Source: Alphaproteobacteria bacterium (lineage in GTDB: Bacteria > Pseudomonadota > Alphaproteobacteria > Rs-D84 > CACZYB01). Taken from it: a stretch of 64,000 nucleotides of DNA. The position numbers and the translations under genes were made by a program. Each line of letters begins with the position of its first letter. The first letter of the stretch is position 1. Of this stretch, positions 9,856 to 18,995 are shown piece by piece. Under the pieces are notes generated by a model that was given only the letters and a program-made list of their open reading frames with translations, was not told the origin of the DNA and did no database searches. The DNA lies in the NCBI GenBank assembly GCA_009785175.1, contig WQWV01000001.1, positions 60,963-124,962 on the forward strand, given 5' to 3'.

Positions 9856-10594
9856 TTTCTTTGGTTTCCACCGCCGCCTCCATCGCGGTTTCGAATTCTT
9901 CCTCTTTGATTTCGCGTTTCGCACGGTTCGAAGTTTTCGGAGCAGCCTTTTTCTTTTCGACCCCCACCTCTTCGACCTTCTCTTCCGCCACCGGAGCGGC
10001 AACCGCATTCAATCCCGCGATATATCCAGCAAGTTTGCGAAGGGCGACCGCACGGTGCGAGAATTGCGATTTGAACTCCGGCTCCATCTCGTCTATTTCG
10101 GCCATGGAACAGCCGCGACCGTTCGGCACGAATATCGGATCGTATCCGAATCCTCCTGCGCCAGCCGCCGGAAACCGTAGCGTCCCGTGAATCTCGCCGG
10201 TCGCGAACATGGTCTTTTGACCCTTGATGGCAACTGCGATAGTCGATACGAAGAACGCCGAGTTATCGGACGCCCCAAGTCGCTTTTCGATCTCGGCAAA
10301 GGCCGCATCATAACCGCCGGACTCGATTGCGAATTCGTGCGTGCGCACACCTGGAAATCCGTCAAGCGCTGGAATTACAAGGCCCGAGTCGTCGGCAATC
10401 ACCGGCATATCTGTTTTGGCCGAAATAGTTTCGGCTTTGATTCGCGCGTTCTCTTTGAAAGTTTCACCCGTTTCCGCTATTTCAAACTCGCCGAATAATT
10501 CGGTATAGGGGACGACCTTCACGGGCGCAAGTATCTCGGCGATCTCGGCTAGCTTTCCCGGATTCGCCGAGGCGAGTATAATCTTTTCTATCAT
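9848..10594 (-). CDS. rdgB: non-canonical purine NTP pyrophosphatase (RdgB/Ham1 family) with a ~50-aa Lys/Glu-rich C-terminal extension
   Basis: Ham1 motifs SANPGKLAE, DDSGL, GFGYDPIF. The C-terminal KKKAAPKTSNRAKREIKEEEFE tail is not typical of RdgB. Confidence 0.85.
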   Translation of the reverse strand: MIEKIILASANPGKLAEIAEILAPVKVVPYTELFGEFEIAETGETFKENARIKAETISAKTDMPVIADDSGLVIPALDGFPGVRTHEFAIESGGYDAAFAEIEKRLGASDNSAFFVSTIAVAIKGQKTMFATGEIHGTLRFPAAGAGGFGYDPIFVPNGRGCSMAEIDEMEPEFKSQFSHRAVALRKLAGYIAGLNAVAAPVAEEKVEEVGVEKKKAAPKTSNRAKREIKEEEFETAMEAAVETKEND

Positions 10595-11340
10595 ATCTTC
10601 GTTTCCACTATTTCATTGTTTTCAAGTGCTATTTTCCGAACGCCCGCGCTCCGTTCTGCGCCGATCGCGCTTACCATCGAGCGGACATTTCCGTCTTCGA
10701 ATATAAGGGCGGCGCAATCGTCTATGGCATAACCGTCCGAGCTTATGAACTCGTGTTTGATTCTGTCCCGAATAAAATCCACGCGCGCCGGTTCCTTTGA
10801 AGCATGCGGCGTGCAAAGCCCTTGTATAAGGCCAAGGCATTGCACGGGCGCAAGCTCCATGTTGCTGTCGCCCACGAACTCGGATAAATTCGTGATACCG
10901 AATTCGAACCAGCACATGGCGCCAGCCGCCGAACCGCTAAGCACCACGCCGTTGCCGAACGCCTCGCGCAAAAGGTTGTCGACGCCGCGCGTCCGCCAAA
11001 CTTCAAGCATTTTAAGGGTAAGCCCGCCGCCGACATAGATTATATCCGCGCCCAATATTGCCGAACGCACCTCTTCGTCGGTGGGCGATTCGGATACGAG
11101 TTTGAGGGCGGATACCTCGCACCCAAGCCCGGCGAAATGACGCAACACGCCCTCTATATAAAGCTCGTCGTCGCCCGATGCGGTGGCAAGGAAAACAAGA
11201 TGCGGCGCATCCTTGCCGCTCAATCGCACGACCTCGCGCGTGATTTCAAGGATCTCGACCGGCTGCTCGATCACGGATCCGTCGGCAAGCCTTTTGCTCT
11301 GGCCAAGTTTCCCGCTTCCGATCGCGACTATCTTACCCAT
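10591..11340 (-). CDS. peptidase S51 (dipeptidase E / cyanophycinase-like) family protein
   Basis: Class-I GATase-like fold signatures (MGKIVAIGSG...; GxSAG-like SGSAAGAM). ATG at 11340 is 1 nt from the dnaB stop. Confidence 0.65.
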   Translation of the reverse strand: MGKIVAIGSGKLGQSKRLADGSVIEQPVEILEITREVVRLSGKDAPHLVFLATASGDDELYIEGVLRHFAGLGCEVSALKLVSESPTDEEVRSAILGADIIYVGGGLTLKMLEVWRTRGVDNLLREAFGNGVVLSGSAAGAMCWFEFGITNLSEFVGDSNMELAPVQCLGLIQGLCTPHASKEPARVDFIRDRIKHEFISSDGYAIDDCAALIFEDGNVRSMVSAIGAERSAGVRKIALENNEIVETKI

Positions 11341-11341
11341 T

Positions 11342-12796
11342 TTACCCTCCCGTTGAATGGACTTCGTCAAGGTTTCCGAATTTGGTGTATTTACCGACAA
11401 AAGCGACGTTGACCGGGCCGGTGGGGCCGTGGCGTTGCTTTTCGATTAAAAGCTGGGCTTTGCCGCGCACGCGTTCCATATTGAGGTTCCACTTGACCCA
11501 CGCGTCGGTGTTCATGTCAAGCGGCTCCTCTTTTTCCTTATAGTATTCCTCGCGATATATGAACATGACCATGTCGGCGTCCTGTTCGATCGAGCCGGAT
11601 TCGCGCAAATCGGCAAGCTGCGGTTTTTTATCTTCGCGCGATTCGACGGCGCGCGAAAGTTGGGACAAAGCGACCACAGGAACGTTAAGTTCCTTGGCCA
11701 ACATTTTAAGGCCGCGTGTGATTTCGGAAACTTCCTGCACTCGGGAATCTGCGTTGCGGCGGCTGGCCGAACCGGTCAAAAGCTGGATATAGTCTACCAC
11801 AATCAAGGACAATCCGGACTTGCGCTTCACACGCCGCGCACGCGTGCGGATTGCGGAAATGCTAAGCGCCGCGGAATCGTCAATCAACAAAGGCACAGAA
11901 GAAATCGCGCGGCCCTGCTCGATTATGCGGTTGAACATATTCTCGTCGATTCGGCCGTTCCTTAGGTCGTGCACGGGCACCTCGGCCTCGCACGCCAAAA
12001 TTCGCGATGACAACTGGTCGTGCGACATCTCAAGCGAGAAGAACATCACAGGCCCGTCAAGCTCGATCGGCGAGCGCTTGTTCAAAACTTCGTTCGCGAC
12101 GTTAAATGCCAAATTCAAAGCCAGCGCCGTTTTGCCCATACCCGGACGCGCCGCGATTATGACAAGGTCGCTTGGATGGAATCCACCGATTCGCTTGTCC
12201 AAAAGCTCAAGGCCGGTCGACACGCCGGACATCTTGCCCTTGTTGTTTTTCGCGCGCTCAATGATTCCGGTCGCAACGCCAAGGGAGTCGGCGAATGAAC
12301 GCGCGCCGCCCTCTTCCTCGCCTTCGACGGCAAGGTTGTAAAGCTTCTGCTCGGCCATGGCAATTTGCTCAAGCGCGCCGGCGTCGTCCGCGCCGCTTCC
12401 ATACGCGTCGTTGACTATGCCGGTGCCAAGGTCGATCAAAGACCGTTTAATCGCCAAATCATAAACCAGCCGGCCATAGTCGTATGCGTTCGCGGCGGGC
12501 GTTGCGGACGAAGCCAAAGAGGCAAGATATTCAGCACCCCCGACCTCGGCGAATCCCTCGCCCGGCTCCATGTATTTTTTCAAAGTCAGGAGGTCGACCA
12601 AATGCCCTTTTTCAAGCATTCTTTGCATCGATTCGAAAATCTTGCGGTGAAGCGGCTCGACGAAATGCTCGGCGCGCAGGAATTCCGCGATTCGTTCATA
12701 GGCTTTATTATTCACCAAAATCGCCGAAAGCACGCCCTGCTCGGCTTCGACCGACGCGGGCGGACGTTTAAGGAAATCACCGCTTGAATTGACCAT
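11342..12796 (-). CDS. dnaB: replicative DNA helicase DnaB
   Basis: N-terminal DnaB domain (VEAEQGVLSAIL), Walker A GMGKTA, RecA-like C-terminal domain. Length 484 aa. Confidence 0.95.
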   Translation of the reverse strand: MVNSSGDFLKRPPASVEAEQGVLSAILVNNKAYERIAEFLRAEHFVEPLHRKIFESMQRMLEKGHLVDLLTLKKYMEPGEGFAEVGGAEYLASLASSATPAANAYDYGRLVYDLAIKRSLIDLGTGIVNDAYGSGADDAGALEQIAMAEQKLYNLAVEGEEEGGARSFADSLGVATGIIERAKNNKGKMSGVSTGLELLDKRIGGFHPSDLVIIAARPGMGKTALALNLAFNVANEVLNKRSPIELDGPVMFFSLEMSHDQLSSRILACEAEVPVHDLRNGRIDENMFNRIIEQGRAISSVPLLIDDSAALSISAIRTRARRVKRKSGLSLIVVDYIQLLTGSASRRNADSRVQEVSEITRGLKMLAKELNVPVVALSQLSRAVESREDKKPQLADLRESGSIEQDADMVMFIYREEYYKEKEEPLDMNTDAWVKWNLNMERVRGKAQLLIEKQRHGPTGPVNVAFVGKYTKFGNLDEVHSTGG

Positions 12797-12859
12797 AATA
12801 AACCCTTCTTCGCGATTTTATTCCCCTTTGTCGCCAAAGGCAAGGATAAAACTTGCCTC

Positions 12860-12888
12860 TTGATTATGTAGCTTTAGAGGCGTATAAT
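12860..12888 (+). promoter_or_regulatory. sigma70-like promoter TTGATT-17-TATAAT (leaderless or very short leader)
   Basis: The -10 ends at 12888; the lipoprotein ATG is at 12895. Confidence 0.45.
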
Positions 12889-12894
12889 TATCCC

Positions 12895-13419
12895 ATGAAA
12901 GTTTTTCTAGCGATATTGCTATTCCTTTCCGCTTGCGGTTCGATTCGAGAATACTCGAACAAAGAACTGACCCTTGAATACGAGGTCGTAGTCCCCGACA
13001 AAAGTAAGAACCAGATTTACGCCCACACTTCCCTTTGGCTCATAGGTTCTGCCGACGCATATAAACTGACAAATCCCACAATAAAATCCCAAAGCCAGGG
13101 TATAATGTCGCAAACCATAGTGGTGGACAAGAATATCTCGCCCGCCAATAACGACTTCGTGAAATTCAATCTTACATTCATCATAATCGACGAGCACGCG
13201 AAACTCGTATTCTCCAATCCCCGTCTTGAAAGCAAGTCCTGGCTTTTCCCCATGGATTGGTCGAAAATCAATATGGAAAAGGAACTTGCGGGATACAAGC
13301 AAATCACGGAACAGATGTTCGAAGAATACTCGGAATACATAATAGACGCTCCGATAAACCCGCATTTTGAAAAGAACGTCCGGGTCATAACCGAAAGCAC
13401 GACGGAGAGTGAACTATGA
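12895..13419 (+). CDS. lipoprotein of unknown function (lipobox LSAC)
   Basis: Signal peptide MKVFLAILLFLSAC. Locally low GC (~42%). Start chosen at 12895 rather than the ORF-track start at 12853. Confidence 0.6.
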   Translation: MKVFLAILLFLSACGSIREYSNKELTLEYEVVVPDKSKNQIYAHTSLWLIGSADAYKLTNPTIKSQSQGIMSQTIVVDKNISPANNDFVKFNLTFIIIDEHAKLVFSNPRLESKSWLFPMDWSKINMEKELAGYKQITEQMFEEYSEYIIDAPINPHFEKNVRVITESTTESEL

Positions 13420-13474
13420 ACTCCAAGAAAGTAAATTTTGACGAAAAATCAACCCTATGGGGGGGGGTAGCTCA

Positions 13475-14266
13475 ATGAAGATAGGTATATTTGATTCCGG
13501 CCTTGGCGGCCTTATCGCCATGCGCGCCGTGGTCGAGACGCTGCCTACATACGACTACGTCTATATCGGCGACACGGCGAACCTTCCCTACGGCTCCCGC
13601 TCGCGCGAGAAGATTCTGCAATACACGGAAAAATGTATTGATTATCTTTTCCGCGAGCACGATTGCAAGATCGTCCTCATGGCATGCAACACCGCGGCCA
13701 TAGCTGCGCTTCGATACCTACAAACCGAATACCTTCCGAAAAACTACCCCGACCGCCGCGTCCTGGGCATTATAATTCCTACCATCGAGGCGGCGCTCGA
13801 GACCGGCGCGCAAGACATAGGCCTGATCGCCACGGTTTCCACCACCAACTCCAAAGTCTATGAAAAAGAGCTCCAGAAAATAAATCCCAACATCAAGATT
13901 TCAAGCGTCCCCGCGCCCCTTCTTGTGCCGCTCATAGAATACGACGGCGACAAATACGCCAAGGATATCATCAAGGATTACCTGGCCAAACTTCCGCCCG
14001 TCAAGGTGCTTGTCTTGGGCTGCACGCACTATCCCATGTATAAGGATCTGTTCCGAAAGATGCTCCCTGATACCAAGGTCATATCCCAAGACGAAATCCT
14101 TCCCGAGAAAGTCGCCGACTACCTTGCGCGCCACGACGAGATCAGGACGAAGCTCTCCCACGGCGGCACCAAGACGTTTATCTTTACGGATATAACTCCG
14201 AACTATGTGGCCACCGCCTGCCGGCTTTTCGGACACAAGATAGCGTTTACGAAGACGGAACTTTAG
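13475..14266 (+). CDS. murI: glutamate racemase
   Basis: Start chosen at MKIGIFDSGLGG (13475); MACNTA...GCTHYP active-site regions are present. An in-frame ATG-G9 (MGGGSS) 18 nt upstream could extend the N-terminus. Confidence 0.9.
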   Translation: MKIGIFDSGLGGLIAMRAVVETLPTYDYVYIGDTANLPYGSRSREKILQYTEKCIDYLFREHDCKIVLMACNTAAIAALRYLQTEYLPKNYPDRRVLGIIIPTIEAALETGAQDIGLIATVSTTNSKVYEKELQKINPNIKISSVPAPLLVPLIEYDGDKYAKDIIKDYLAKLPPVKVLVLGCTHYPMYKDLFRKMLPDTKVISQDEILPEKVADYLARHDEIRTKLSHGGTKTFIFTDITPNYVATACRLFGHKIAFTKTEL

Positions 14267-14274
14267 CATACATA

Positions 14275-14395
14275 AACTCTCAGCGAGTTCACTCGCTGCG
14301 CGCTGGACGCCGCCCCCACGCATGGAGAGCCGCGCCCTTCGGGACACGCCGCCTATGCTCGGCGTCTTGGCTTGCTAGCCCCCTAAAATTATGCT
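14275..14395. repeat. ~100-bp intergenic repeat, copy 2
   Basis: CTCAGCGAGTTCACTCGCTGCGC...ACGCCGCCCCCACGCA, matching 6322-6420. Confidence 0.7.
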
Positions 14396-14400
14396 ATAAT
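14372..14400 (+). promoter_or_regulatory. sigma70-like promoter TTGCTA-17-TATAAT upstream of the hypothetical-virB11 operon
   Basis: Exact 17-nt spacer. ATG is 10 nt after the -10. Confidence 0.5.
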
Positions 14401-14410
14401 AATACCCGCC

Positions 14411-15172
14411 ATGCGAACCCTTGATATCTACAGCGCTATAAAAGATTTCATCTCCGCCTCGCCGCGCGAAATCCAAACTCCTGGCGCTATGGTAAAGGAC
14501 ATAGCCAAAGCCATAAACGACATTTCGGCAAACGCCGATAAAATCGATGACGAAGCGCTTTCGCTTACCGCAAGCCTTTTGTGGATAAGCGCGATAAAGA
14601 AAAACGGATATAAAATCGCAGCCGCGGGCGCCGCCGCTAAAAATCTCTTCCCATTCGCGCCCGACCTCAAGATCGCCACGTTTGCCAAGGCGATCGACAT
14701 AGCAACCGGCATAGCAAACGATTCCTCGATAATAGCGTTCGTGCCCCTAAAAGGAAGCCGCGACATCTGGTGGTCGAACATGCTCTTGCCCGACGCCGCG
14801 GTCAAGGTGATCGCCAAGCTCGGAGCCCCCGGCACGGAATCATACCTGATCGCGAACGAGCCCAAGGCGTTTGGCTTCGACCGCTCCATCATAGTCGTCA
14901 AAACGGACAAGACGCTATCGGCCAACGACCTTACCACCACTCTCCACAAACTCAAAATTCCTATATACAGGATCACCTCGCAAACCGCGCTTGTCGACGG
15001 CTCGGTCGCGCATGTGGTCGAAATTTCGCACCCGATAAAATCCGCCAACGCCGGCATCTTCAAGCTCAAGGACGAAATCGGCGGCGTGAAATTGAAAGTT
15101 TCCGGCTACCTCGGCGGCTACTCGGAACCGTGCACACAAAAAACCGAAATCTTGAAATTCAAGGTGGCATGA
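14411..15172 (+). CDS. hypothetical soluble protein co-transcribed with virB11
   Basis: 253 aa, no TM segment, no recognisable motif. Stop overlaps the virB11 start (ATGA). Confidence 0.55.
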   Translation: MRTLDIYSAIKDFISASPREIQTPGAMVKDIAKAINDISANADKIDDEALSLTASLLWISAIKKNGYKIAAAGAAAKNLFPFAPDLKIATFAKAIDIATGIANDSSIIAFVPLKGSRDIWWSNMLLPDAAVKVIAKLGAPGTESYLIANEPKAFGFDRSIIVVKTDKTLSANDLTTTLHKLKIPIYRITSQTALVDGSVAHVVEISHPIKSANAGIFKLKDEIGGVKLKVSGYLGGYSEPCTQKTEILKFKVA

Positions 15173-16140
15173 TGAGCGCGAACGAAGTCCTGAAAGAAGC
15201 CATCCTTCCGCTCGCCAACTGGTATAACCAGAAGGGCATAGAGGAGGTCGCGATAAACGAGCCGGGCGTAGTGTGGCTTCGCGAACGCGGACGGCTTGAA
15301 TCCCCTTGGACGAAGCAGGCGGACCCGAAATTAACACAGTCGTATCTTATGGACATTCTCCACATCATCGCGAATGTGAACGAGCTTCCGTTCGATCCCG
15401 CGAACGGCATTCCGACCGTATACGCAAGCCTTCCGGGCGAGCATAGATTTTCTGCGATTGCCGGCAAGAACGTCAATGCCTCAAGCGATAATCCCGAGGG
15501 CGGCATAGCGATTGCGATTCGAGTAAAGGACGCCGACGCCCACTTCGACTTCAAAAACTATGGACTGATTAAGGGCGAGGCGCTGCGCGAAATCACGCAA
15601 AAAACCAAGAAGCTTTCCGACGACCCCTACACGCGACTTATGCAGCTGATCAGAGATGGCGAGAACATTTTGATCTCCGGCGCGACGGCCACCGGTAAAA
15701 CCACGTTCCTTAATAATATCCTGAAACTCCTTAATCCTAATATGAGGATTATCACGATCGAGGATACACGCGAACTTAATGTGCCGCAGGCCAACAAGGT
15801 CAACATCACGCTCTCGCGCACACAGCAGACGAATATCTTTTCATACAAGGACGTGATAGATTTGGTCGTCCGCATGTCGCCCGATTCCATTATGGGCGGC
15901 GAGATTTCGACCGATAACGCGCAGGCCGTGTGGGAGCTTATGAACACCGGGCACAGCCACTTCTACGCCACGATCCACGCCGATTCGGCCGAGCAGGCCT
16001 ACCTTTCGTTTATCGATAGGATTCTGCACGTTTTCCCGAATCTTGATCAAAAACGCACTATGGAGCAGATGCGGAAATCGCTGCATGTCGTGCAAATCGG
16101 ACGCGAAGGCGGCCTAAGGCAAATTACGGAAATTATCTAA
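15169..16140 (+). CDS. virB11: type IV secretion ATPase VirB11 family
   Basis: EEVAINEPG N-terminal domain. Walker A ISGATATGKTT, RIITIEDTRELNVP, SIMGGEIS and GHSHFYATIHADSAEQAY all align with A. tumefaciens VirB11. The ORF-track merge 14770..16140 is an artefact. Confidence 0.85.
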   Translation: MMSANEVLKEAILPLANWYNQKGIEEVAINEPGVVWLRERGRLESPWTKQADPKLTQSYLMDILHIIANVNELPFDPANGIPTVYASLPGEHRFSAIAGKNVNASSDNPEGGIAIAIRVKDADAHFDFKNYGLIKGEALREITQKTKKLSDDPYTRLMQLIRDGENILISGATATGKTTFLNNILKLLNPNMRIITIEDTRELNVPQANKVNITLSRTQQTNIFSYKDVIDLVVRMSPDSIMGGEISTDNAQAVWELMNTGHSHFYATIHADSAEQAYLSFIDRILHVFPNLDQKRTMEQMRKSLHVVQIGREGGLRQITEII

Positions 16141-16142
16141 GT

Positions 16143-16176
16143 TCGTCATTCCGGCCCACGCGCCGGAATCCAGTTA
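16143..16176. repeat. palindromic element GTCATTCCGGC-n6-GCCGGAATCCAG (unit A family)
   Basis: 8-bp stem ATTCCGGC/GCCGGAAT. The same family occurs at 37795-37900, 50059-50095 and 61255-61335. Confidence 0.7.
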
Positions 16177-16238
16177 GAATATCTACCTACTGCTCTTTCC
16201 TTTCCCGCGCGCTAAAATAAAACGCACAAGGAGGACTC

Positions 16239-16568
16239 ATGAACAAATACATCATCGCCATAGCTCTAATCACACTCGGCGCCTGCGCCACCAAGAAAGA
16301 ACCGAAATGCCCGGTTGCCGAGATTCCCGACGCCGGCCAACTTGCCGAAATCTTCGCGCGCACCGCGGTTGATACGTTCTGTGAAATAAGGGATTGCAAC
16401 AACCTCCCCGAACGCGAGGCGGTGATAACTGCGAATGTCCGGTTTAGCAAGCGCATCGAACCGCCGGTCGAGGGCTGCGACATCGACGCGCAATCCGCCG
16501 AGGTTAATTATACCTACGAGATAAGACAGGACGGGCATATACTCCGCTCGGGCAACGCAAGCAATTAA
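16239..16568 (+). CDS. small lipoprotein (lipobox LGAC), Cys-rich
   Basis: Good ribosome-binding site AGGAGG; signal peptide MNKYIIAIALITLGAC. Confidence 0.6.
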   Translation: MNKYIIAIALITLGACATKKEPKCPVAEIPDAGQLAEIFARTAVDTFCEIRDCNNLPEREAVITANVRFSKRIEPPVEGCDIDAQSAEVNYTYEIRQDGHILRSGNASN

Positions 16569-17810
16569 TTAACTGCGTTGTTTCTCATACGGCTGAGCCA
16601 CGCCGGGAAATTTTGCCACCTTGTCCACCGGAAAAACCTTCTCGAGCTCGCGTTTGACTTCTGCGATGAATTCTGGATTGTTCCACCCTTTGATACCTTC
16701 GGCGATGGTAAGCGCGACAAGGTTGTTCTGGTCCTTCTTGTCGGCGTTTTGATAAAGCCCCTTGGCGGTCATGTTGGATTTCCCCTCGAAAGCCCAGCGC
16801 ATGTTAGTGTTCAGCAAATCGTCCGTGATAAGGATATTCCCGTCGTCGTCAAGCATAAGCTCGAGCTTGCCGTCGATAACCAACGCACCGTCATAGAACT
16901 CGCCCGGGATAACTTCGGCCTTGCCGCCCACCATGCGGGTCTTTGGGAACTTGGTTTTCGAGCAAGCGATTTTAATCGCGGTAAGAGCCCTTAGCACCAT
17001 AAGGCGCGCAGCCCTCTCCTGCTCCGGCGACATATAATCCGCAGGCGCAAGCCGGCTTGTCCCTATCATCTGCCGCCCGCCGCCATCGCGCATTTTGAAA
17101 AGTATTCCGTCCTTGCGGTCGATATAGCAGATGGGCTTGGATATATCCTGTCGTCTAAGTCTGTCGTGCAACTCCCATACGTTCGCGTCGTCCCTGCTTT
17201 GCATCAAAAGCGGATCGTCGTAGGTGAATTTGGTCGGCTCCTTGGTCGCCCCGTCGAAATAACGCGGGTCGTTCTTCACGCTTGATTCGGATACAAGGTC
17301 GAGTTCTCCGTCCGGCTTTACGATTACGCATTTCTTGTGGAAAAGTTGGATAACCGGCTCTTTGAAGGGGTGAACCTTCTTGTCAAGGCCGACGTATTTG
17401 GTGCTTGGCTGAACTTGCGAATGATTGCCCTGGCCGTCCTTCTCTCCGTAAAGCCATGGATAGCGGGACACCAAAGTCGCCCGCGCGCACACGCCGAAAC
17501 ACACAACCACTTCTTGGTTGAATGGCATTCCCATTTTGTGGATAAGATGGTTGCCCTTCGTGCCCGCATAGCTTGTCGCGAAACCAAGCCCGTTCAAAAG
17601 TCCGAACATAATGCTGTTTTGGACAAGCTCGTTCTGGACTTTGCCCGCGTTTTCTTCGGTGCCCGCGCCCGACGCGGTGATGTCCATGCCCTTCGATTCG
17701 AACGCGACATATTTCGGGTTCGAGGTTTTGCGTATGCGCTTCGTCTTCCCGCTCTTTATTTCTTCAAGTATTTCAATCTGGCCAAGGGGATCGTTCGACA
17801 CGTTTCTCAT
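16569..17810 (-). CDS. hypothetical protein (413 aa), no recognisable domain
   Basis: Start chosen at MRNVSNDP (17810), which has the ribosome-binding site GAAAGG. Soluble, Asp/Lys/Gly-rich. Confidence 0.45.
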   Translation of the reverse strand: MRNVSNDPLGQIEILEEIKSGKTKRIRKTSNPKYVAFESKGMDITASGAGTEENAGKVQNELVQNSIMFGLLNGLGFATSYAGTKGNHLIHKMGMPFNQEVVVCFGVCARATLVSRYPWLYGEKDGQGNHSQVQPSTKYVGLDKKVHPFKEPVIQLFHKKCVIVKPDGELDLVSESSVKNDPRYFDGATKEPTKFTYDDPLLMQSRDDANVWELHDRLRRQDISKPICYIDRKDGILFKMRDGGGRQMIGTSRLAPADYMSPEQERAARLMVLRALTAIKIACSKTKFPKTRMVGGKAEVIPGEFYDGALVIDGKLELMLDDDGNILITDDLLNTNMRWAFEGKSNMTAKGLYQNADKKDQNNLVALTIAEGIKGWNNPEFIAEVKRELEKVFPVDKVAKFPGVAQPYEKQRS

Positions 17811-17920
17811 GATTTTTGCCTTTCTTTGTTTCCCCCCGGGTTGGATTTTATAGAGTAGGCACCTCAAAAGCAATAAAAATATAAATTGCTTTCGCCGCGA
17901 TTCGCCTGTATGTTATAAGC

Positions 17921-18256
17921 ATGGCTACAAACAAAGATTTTTTCGATCATGTCTTGGATACCCTAAGTCCCGCGGGCGATATTTCATACAAGAAGATGTT
18001 CGGCGAATACGGCGTTTATAAAAACGGCAGGATGATAATGCTTGTCTGCGACAATACGGTGTTTGTGAGACAGTTGCCCGAAGTCGCCGCGGTATTCGCG
18101 AAATACAAGGTAAGGCCGGAAAGCGAAGTTCCATACGAAGGCGCGAAAGAATACTTTATCGTTGATATGGACAACCAACCGCTGGCCTGCGATCTGGCTG
18201 AACTCCTGTCCCGTATTCTGCCCCTACCGAAACCGAGAAAGAAGAAATCGGCATAG
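17921..18256 (+). CDS. TfoX N-terminal domain protein
   Basis: KKMFGEYGVYKNGRMIMLVCDNTVFVR matches the TfoX_N consensus. Confidence 0.65.
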   Translation: MATNKDFFDHVLDTLSPAGDISYKKMFGEYGVYKNGRMIMLVCDNTVFVRQLPEVAAVFAKYKVRPESEVPYEGAKEYFIVDMDNQPLACDLAELLSRILPLPKPRKKKSA

Positions 18257-18995
18257 CGCCCAAATCCATTTTCGCATACCCCTCGGACGCAAGCAACTGC
18301 GCCAACCCCGCGCTGTTCATAATTATAATCTCCGTATCTTTTCCGCGCGATTGATGAAACGCATTGGACACGTTTGTGCCGTGAATAACCTGAAGCCCGC
18401 CTGTGCCGGGAATTGATAATACTTTCGTGTGGTTAACGATCAGCGTGTGGTTGCCAAGGTCCATTACGCTTCGCCCGTCCGTCGAGGAATAAGCCAATCC
18501 CATAGAATTTGAAAAATACAGCGATTCGCTTGTTATGAATTTATCTTGGGCAACGCGCTGCACGCGCCGTATTTTCGTAATGGACACAGCCACGTTGTCA
18601 TAGGGTATGGCGGCAAGCCGCTCTATGAAATCCAATGGCAGCCCGTCGTCGTTGTCGATTCTAAAAGTAATAATGCGCCCACCGCGCAAATCCTCGGGAA
18701 TAGGCATGTTTCCACCCGGGACAAACACGTTCCGCACAAAGGGAAACTCCTTCTCAAGCGCCGCGAACAAAGCCCTCTTATCGGCCGGCATTTTATCCGA
18801 ATGATAGACCAGAAGCACAAAGTTTTTATCGCTCTGCGCCGCGAAACTGCGTAAAGTTATCCCACGAAACATGGCCATGCGTTCGGAAAAATATGGCTCC
18901 TCGAAAACATTAAAAAAGCCATAGTCCGGGTGGTCCTTTTTGAAAGAGTCCGCAACGGAATACCTGACCATTCCTATTATATTATTTTGCGACAT
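18156..18995 (-). CDS. hypothetical protein, possible glycosyltransferase-like (putative rhamnosyltransferase family)
   Basis: 279-aa ORF. Its 3' ~100 nt overlaps tfoX-N antisense, so the C-terminus is uncertain. Confidence 0.4.
   Translation of the reverse strand: MSQNNIIGMVRYSVADSFKKDHPDYGFFNVFEEPYFSERMAMFRGITLRSFAAQSDKNFVLLVYHSDKMPADKRALFAALEKEFPFVRNVFVPGGNMPIPEDLRGGRIITFRIDNDDGLPLDFIERLAAIPYDNVAVSITKIRRVQRVAQDKFITSESLYFSNSMGLAYSSTDGRSVMDLGNHTLIVNHTKVLSIPGTGGLQVIHGTNVSNAFHQSRGKDTEIIIMNSAGLAQLLASEGYAKMDLGAMPISSFSVSVGAEYGTGVQPDRRPAVGCPYQR

Noticed and set aside
8677-10008. 443-aa version of the transporter, with an N-terminus of RKRRSKR repeats
   Set aside because: That segment is the reverse complement of the Lys/Glu-rich rdgB tail. 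The real start is the ATG at 9855.
14770-16140. 456-aa merged ORF spanning the hypothetical gene and virB11
   Set aside because: Read-through in an alternative frame. VirB11 homology begins at the ATG at 15169, which overlaps the upstream stop.
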